A stretch of DNA of 64,000 bases, taken from the NCBI GenBank assembly GCA_027451665.1, contig DAIDIW010000005.1:2955-66954 (forward strand). Reading direction: 5' to 3'. This DNA comes from Candidatus Kaiserbacteria bacterium. GTDB lineage: Bacteria > Patescibacteriota > Minisyncoccia > Phycocordibacterales > Phycocordibacteraceae. Position numbers and translations under genes: made by a program. The notes beneath the pieces were generated by a model, which ran no database searches, was not told the origin of the DNA, and saw nothing but the letters and a program-made list of their open reading frames with translations. Of the stretch, positions 59,404 to 64,000 are shown one piece after another; position 1 is the first letter of the stretch; the number at the start of each line of letters is the position of its first letter.

Positions 59404-60741
59404 ATGGCATTCTCGCGCCGAGAAACGGCGATCCTGCTCATAGGAGATTTCCTCCTGCTCGGGGCGTCGCTCTGGATAACGCTCCTTCTTCGTAACCTCG
59501 CTTTCCCGCGCCCAGGTTACTTCGAGAACAATCTCATCCCGTTCGTTCCGATATTCCTCGTATCACTCGTCATCTTCTATATCGCAGGGCTCTACGAGAA
59601 GCAGACGAGCGCGAAGCGCCGCACTATGAGCGAACGTATCCTCGGCGCGCAGATGGCGAACGTCATCATTGCCGCCATCTTCTTCTTCGTGCTGCCGCTC
59701 TCGATCGCGCCGAAGACGATCCTCGTCATCTATCTCGTAGTTTCAGTCCTCGCCATCTCGTTCTGGCGCTTTTACCGTCTGCGTAGCGAGCTTGCCGAAG
59801 AGATACGCGTGCCGGCCGTGCTCGTCGGCTCCGGCCTGGCGGTCTTAGAGGTATATGAGGAGGTGCGCGCCAACGGCACTTACGTCATGCGATTCGCGGA
59901 GCACATCGATACCGCGCAGCTTTCTCAAGGTGCGCTTACCAAGGAGCTCTCCGCGGCCATAGAGCGCGGCGCGCGGATGGTCGTGATCGATACTCGCGAT
60001 TCGCAGGTCGCGGTCGAGCTTCCGCAACTCTACGCCGCCATGGTCGCGGGCGTCTCGTTCCTCGAATTCTCTGCGGTCTACGAAGACATCTTCGATCGTG
60101 TGCCGCTCGCACACGTCGATTATGCCTGGCTCCTCGAGTGTTTGCCGCGTGAACATTCGCTCTACGATACCTTGAAGGCCGTCTTCGATTTCGTCCTCAC
60201 GCTCGTCGTGGGTGCGGTCGCACTCCCGTTCGTACTTGTCGCTGCACTCCTTGTGCGAATCTCGGGCGGTCCCGCATTCATACGGAACGAGCGCGTCGGG
60301 AAGAAGGGGAGGACCATCCGCATCTACAAGCTGCGGACAATGCTTTATGACGACAAGGGCGATCCAGAGCTGCGCGCGAAGAACCGGGTCACGACATTCG
60401 GACGATTCCTGCGTAAGACCCGGATCGACGAGCTCCCGCAGCTCTATAACGTGCTCATGGGCGATCTCTCCTTCATAGGTCCCCGTCCTGAGCTTCCATC
60501 GATTGCGCTCACCTATGAAGCGGAGATACCGTTTTACCATCTACGCCACCTCATCCCGCCCGGCCTCTCCGGGTGGGCTCAGATACATGATTTCGATGCT
60601 CCGAAGGGTGGGGTGGACGTGGAACGCACGCGCCGGAAACTCTCCTACGACCTCTACTACCTGAAGCACCGTTCCTTTGGGCTTGACCTCGCGATTGCGC
60701 TCAAGACGCTTCGGGCACTCCTCGCGTTCTCCGGAAAGTGA
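59404..60741 (+). CDS. polyprenyl-phosphate hexose-1-phosphate transferase (bacterial sugar transferase, WbaP/WcaJ-like)
   Basis: N-terminal TM helices. C-terminal KLRTM...DELPQLYNVLMGDLSFIGPRPE and a final TM. Confidence 0.8.
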   Translation: MAFSRRETAILLIGDFLLLGASLWITLLLRNLAFPRPGYFENNLIPFVPIFLVSLVIFYIAGLYEKQTSAKRRTMSERILGAQMANVIIAAIFFFVLPLSIAPKTILVIYLVVSVLAISFWRFYRLRSELAEEIRVPAVLVGSGLAVLEVYEEVRANGTYVMRFAEHIDTAQLSQGALTKELSAAIERGARMVVIDTRDSQVAVELPQLYAAMVAGVSFLEFSAVYEDIFDRVPLAHVDYAWLLECLPREHSLYDTLKAVFDFVLTLVVGAVALPFVLVAALLVRISGGPAFIRNERVGKKGRTIRIYKLRTMLYDDKGDPELRAKNRVTTFGRFLRKTRIDELPQLYNVLMGDLSFIGPRPELPSIALTYEAEIPFYHLRHLIPPGLSGWAQIHDFDAPKGGVDVERTRRKLSYDLYYLKHRSFGLDLAIALKTLRALLAFSGK

Positions 60742-60742
60742 T

Positions 60743-61618
60743 ATGCGGGTACTCGTTACCGGCGGTGCAGGATTCATCGGATCCTATGTGGTGCGCGAGC
60801 TTCGCGCGCATGGGCACGCGGTCACGGTCTATGACTCGCTCATCTCGGGCGCGCGCGAGAACGTGCCGGAAGGCGTACCGCTCATCAAGGCAGATATCCG
60901 CGATGTCGATGCACTTCGGAATGCCGCGGAGGGCGCGGACGCCTTCGTGCATCTTGCCGCGCTCGTATCGGTGCCGGAGAGCGTCGCGCACCCGGAGGCG
61001 ACCTTCGCGGTGAACGTGGAGGGCACGCGTGGCGTGTTCGCGCTTGCGCGCGAGCGCGGTGCGCGGCTCGTGTATGCCTCCTCCGCCGCAGTCTATGGTG
61101 ACCTTCCGGGCTTGCCCAAGCGTGAAGACTCGCCGCTCGCACCGCAGTCTCCGTACGCTGAGTCGAAAGTCGAGAACGAGCGGGACGCGGCAGGCAACCC
61201 CCACTTCATAGGGCTCCGCTTCTTCAACGTGTACGGCGTGGGCCAGCGTGCGGATCATCCATACGCCTCGGTCATCCCGCGCTTCATTGCTGCAGCCAGA
61301 CGCGGCGCGCCGCTACCGCTCACCGGAGACGGCACGGCGACGCGGGATTTCGTACAGGTGCGGGACGTGGCGCGGTCGGTCCGACTTTCGATCGAGCGCG
61401 ATGCGTCAGGCGTTTGCAATATCGCGTCCGGAAAGGAGGTGGCGCTCACGGAGCTTATCGAACTCATTCGCGCGCAGGTGCCAGTCGAAGTCGAGCGGCT
61501 CCCAGCGCGAGAAGGCGATATACTGCATAGCGTAGCCGACATCGCGCGCGCGAGGATGGTCCTCAACTGGGAACCGAGCGTGCGACTCGCTGACGGTATC
61601 GCAGAATTCTTCACATGA
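60743..61618 (+). CDS. NAD-dependent epimerase/dehydratase (UDP-hexose 4-epimerase-like SDR)
   Basis: VLVTGGAGFIGS Rossmann motif and the PYAESK catalytic YxxxK. Confidence 0.8.
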   Translation: MRVLVTGGAGFIGSYVVRELRAHGHAVTVYDSLISGARENVPEGVPLIKADIRDVDALRNAAEGADAFVHLAALVSVPESVAHPEATFAVNVEGTRGVFALARERGARLVYASSAAVYGDLPGLPKREDSPLAPQSPYAESKVENERDAAGNPHFIGLRFFNVYGVGQRADHPYASVIPRFIAAARRGAPLPLTGDGTATRDFVQVRDVARSVRLSIERDASGVCNIASGKEVALTELIELIRAQVPVEVERLPAREGDILHSVADIARARMVLNWEPSVRLADGIAEFFT

Positions 61619-62436
61619 TTATCGACGGTAGGGCGATCGCAGCTGATGTACTTGCGCGCGCGAAAGCGCGCGCGGCAAGATTACCGCATCCTCCGAAAGT
61701 GGTCGCGGTGGTAGCGAACGAGACGCCGGCCACCCGCTCGTATCTCTCGATCAAGGCGGCACGCGCCGCCGATGCCGGATGCATGCTCACGCTGAAGCGC
61801 GTACCGGAAACCGCCGACACGGAGACGATTCGCGCGGCTGCCTCGGACAGGAACGCCGATGCAGTCATCATCCAGCTCCCGCTGCCAGCGGCGGTCGATG
61901 TGCAGGTGGCTTGTGATGCGATTCCGGAAGGAAAGGATGCGGATGTTCTCGGAAGCGTCGCGCGCGCGGCCTTCATGCGCGGCGATACCGATGCGCTCCT
62001 GCCGCCGGTGGTGGGCGCCATTGCAGAGGTTATTGCGCGAGCGTCCGTATCGGTACATGGCTTGCATGCGGTCGTCATCGGATCCGGATACCTGGTCGGC
62101 GCCCCGAGTGCAGCGTGGCTTGCGCAGAACGGCGCCCAGGTTACTACCGTGAACCAGAGGTCCGGCGACCTCGCCTCGGCGCTCGGAACGGCCGATCTCG
62201 TGATTTCGGGCGCCGGTTCGGCGCATCTCGTGACGCCGGAGCTCCTCAAGAACGGCGTCGTGCTTATCGATGCCGGAACATCCGAGAGCGGCGGGGCAAT
62301 CACTGGTGATGCCGACCCCGCCTGTGCGGAGAAGGCTGCCGTATTCACGCCAGTTCCGGGCGGAGTGGGTCCGATCGCCGTCGCTAAGCTCTTTGAGAAT
62401 GCTACGATTCTCGCAGAACGCAAGGTTTCCTTTTAG
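61615..62436 (+). CDS. folD: bifunctional methylenetetrahydrofolate dehydrogenase/cyclohydrolase
   Basis: MIIDGRAIAADVL..., SYLSIKAARAADAG, VIIQLPLP, AVVIGSGYLVGAPSA, TPVPGGVGPIAVAKLFEN. Confidence 0.85.
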   Translation: MIIDGRAIAADVLARAKARAARLPHPPKVVAVVANETPATRSYLSIKAARAADAGCMLTLKRVPETADTETIRAAASDRNADAVIIQLPLPAAVDVQVACDAIPEGKDADVLGSVARAAFMRGDTDALLPPVVGAIAEVIARASVSVHGLHAVVIGSGYLVGAPSAAWLAQNGAQVTTVNQRSGDLASALGTADLVISGAGSAHLVTPELLKNGVVLIDAGTSESGGAITGDADPACAEKAAVFTPVPGGVGPIAVAKLFENATILAERKVSF

Positions 62437-62463
62437 CCGCAGATTTTCTATACTCTCCCCATT

Positions 62464-63777
62464 ATGACTCGCTACCGGGTGTTCGCCCTCATTGCGCTCC
62501 TCGCGGGCGTTTTGCTTGCCTATTTCGTGTGGGCGACCCAGGCAAATCCTGACAGCACGTATCAGTTCAAGCTCGGACTCGACCTCGCCGGCGGTACGGA
62601 ACTCGTTTACAAAGCTGACATGGCCTCGACTTCGCCTGCAGAACGCTCGGGCGCACTCCAGGCGCTCCAAGGGGTCATCGAACGCCGCGTGAACCTCTTC
62701 GGAGTGGCCGAGCCGCTCGTCCAGACGGAGCGTGCTTCCGCACTCTCAGGCACGACCGAGGACCGCCTTATTGTTGATCTCCCAGGTGTCACGAACATCC
62801 AGGCTGCGGTCGCAGCGCTCGGCAAGACGCCTACCTTGGATTTCGAGCTTGCGACCACGACCACCGTCGGTACGACGACCAAGACCGTGTACCAGTCGAC
62901 GGGACTGACCGGTCGATATCTCTCGGGCGCGACGCTCGGTTTTGGCAGCGGCGCGACGCAGGGTCTTGCGACCCCGCAGGTGCTCCTTCAGTTCAATAGC
63001 GCCGGCGCGAAGCTCTTCGAGCAGATCACGAAAGACAACGTCGGCCGCACGCTCGCCATCTTCCTTGACGGCCAGCCAATCTCGACGCCAGTCATCCAGG
63101 AAGCGATCCCGGGTGGGAAAGCAAGCATCACGGGCAACTTCACTGCGCAACAGGCGAAGGATCTCGTACAGAACCTGAACTTCGGCGCGTTGCCGGTGCC
63201 GATCTCGCTCGAGAGCTCGTCGTCGGTCGGCCCCACGCTCGGTGCCGCCGCCATCCAGGCGGGCGTCATTGCCGGCTTCATTGGTTTCGCGCTCGTCGCG
63301 CTCTTCATGATCGTGTGGTATCGCCTCGCGGGACTCGTCGCGGTCGTCGCGCTCGCGGAGTATCTCGCACTCATGCTCGCGGTCATCAAGGTGATTCCCG
63401 TGACGCTTACCGCTTCCGGTATCGCCGGCCTCATCATCTCGGTGGGTATGGCGGTCGATGCGAACGTGCTCATCTTCGAACGCACGAAAGAGGAGCTCCG
63501 GGAGGGCAAGGAGCCTCGCGAAGCGGTCCATATCGGATTCAATCGCGCCTGGACCGCTATCCGTGACGGCCACCTTACGATGATCATTTCGGGCATCATC
63601 CTCTTCTGGCTCGGCACGTCGATCGTTCAGGGCTTCGCACTCGTTTTCCTCCTTGGCGTCCTTGCGTCCTTCCTCTCTGCGGTCACTCTGACCCGCATCT
63701 ACCTTCTTGCGATCGTTCCCGAGCACCGCTCGAGTGCATGGCGCTTCCTGCTCTCGTCGGGCTTCCATAAATCCTAG
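62464..63777 (+). CDS. secD: protein translocase subunit SecD
   Basis: LGLDLAGGTELVY, periplasmic domain, C-terminal 6-TM RND-like bundle (GIAGLIISVGMAVDANVLIFER). Confidence 0.85.
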   Translation: MTRYRVFALIALLAGVLLAYFVWATQANPDSTYQFKLGLDLAGGTELVYKADMASTSPAERSGALQALQGVIERRVNLFGVAEPLVQTERASALSGTTEDRLIVDLPGVTNIQAAVAALGKTPTLDFELATTTTVGTTTKTVYQSTGLTGRYLSGATLGFGSGATQGLATPQVLLQFNSAGAKLFEQITKDNVGRTLAIFLDGQPISTPVIQEAIPGGKASITGNFTAQQAKDLVQNLNFGALPVPISLESSSSVGPTLGAAAIQAGVIAGFIGFALVALFMIVWYRLAGLVAVVALAEYLALMLAVIKVIPVTLTASGIAGLIISVGMAVDANVLIFERTKEELREGKEPREAVHIGFNRAWTAIRDGHLTMIISGIILFWLGTSIVQGFALVFLLGVLASFLSAVTLTRIYLLAIVPEHRSSAWRFLLSSGFHKS

Positions 63778-63781
63778 GCCT

Positions 63782-64000
63782 ATGTTTATCGCTACGCATC
63801 GTAAAATTTTCTTCTGGATCACGGGCCTAGTCATGGCCGCGGCCATCGGCGCCATCGTCTTCTATGGCTTGCCACTCGGCATAGACTTCACGGGCGGTTC
63901 TCTCATGCAGGTCTCGTTCCCGCACGGCCGCCCGGCGCTCGCAACGATCGAACAGGAGGTCGCGACGGTCCCCTTAGGTGCAATATCGGTCATTCCCGTG
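63782..64000 (+). CDS. secF: protein translocase subunit SecF (partial, continues past window end)
   Basis: MFIATHRKIFFWITGLVMAAAIGAIVFYGLPLGIDFTGGSLMQVSF is the typical SecF start, immediately after secD. Confidence 0.75.
   Translation, partial: MFIATHRKIFFWITGLVMAAAIGAIVFYGLPLGIDFTGGSLMQVSFPHGRPALATIEQEVATVPLGAISVIPV

Noticed and set aside
61681-63855. Minus-strand ORFs 61681..62670 and 62746..63855
   Set aside because: Antisense to folD and secD respectively; Arg/Glu-rich low-complexity translations typical of GC-rich antisense frames.

Overview
High-GC (~60%) bacterial segment with the hallmarks of a Candidate Phyla Radiation / Parcubacteria-type genome. Ribosomal operons are fragmented, with no rplA after rplK or before rplJ and no rpoB after rplL. 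A 23S-5S rRNA pair sits without a 16S gene and carries an intron-like insertion. Many small membrane or winged-helix hypotheticals are present. The left ~7 kb is phage-derived: terminase large subunit running off the window, terminase small subunit, two beta-class DNA methyltransferases (one a ParB-nuclease fusion), a divergent XRE/ImmA lysogeny switch, and a metallo-beta-lactamase (MBL) + 4-TM gene pair in a moron position. Next come a lower-GC islet with an EgtD-like methyltransferase, a secreted protein, and a tRNA cluster (Leu-CAG, Val-TAC, Leu-GAG, His-GTG) around rplS. The rest is housekeeping: secE-nusG-rplK ending at a terminator, then a 2OG-Fe(II) oxygenase in the slot where rplA normally sits, and a thymidylate/folate cluster (folA, cytidylyltransferase-like gene, dCMP-deaminase fusion, HIT, thyA, dut, glyA). 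The aaRS genes are argS, ileS (carrying an embedded histidine-phosphatase domain and a degenerate HIGH motif), glyQS and metG, with metG followed by tatD. Further on come rpsF-ssb-rpsR, efp, an ECF sigma/anti-sigma pair, recA, ftsK, and a 1132-aa Ser/Thr-rich surface protein with a peptidoglycan-binding domain followed by TPR and Wzy_C-TPR genes. The window ends with rplJ-rplL, 23S+5S rRNA, a SEDS protein, glycan-synthesis genes (GT4, sugar phosphotransferase, epimerase), folD and secD/secF. No CRISPR array, integrase or 16S rRNA was seen.
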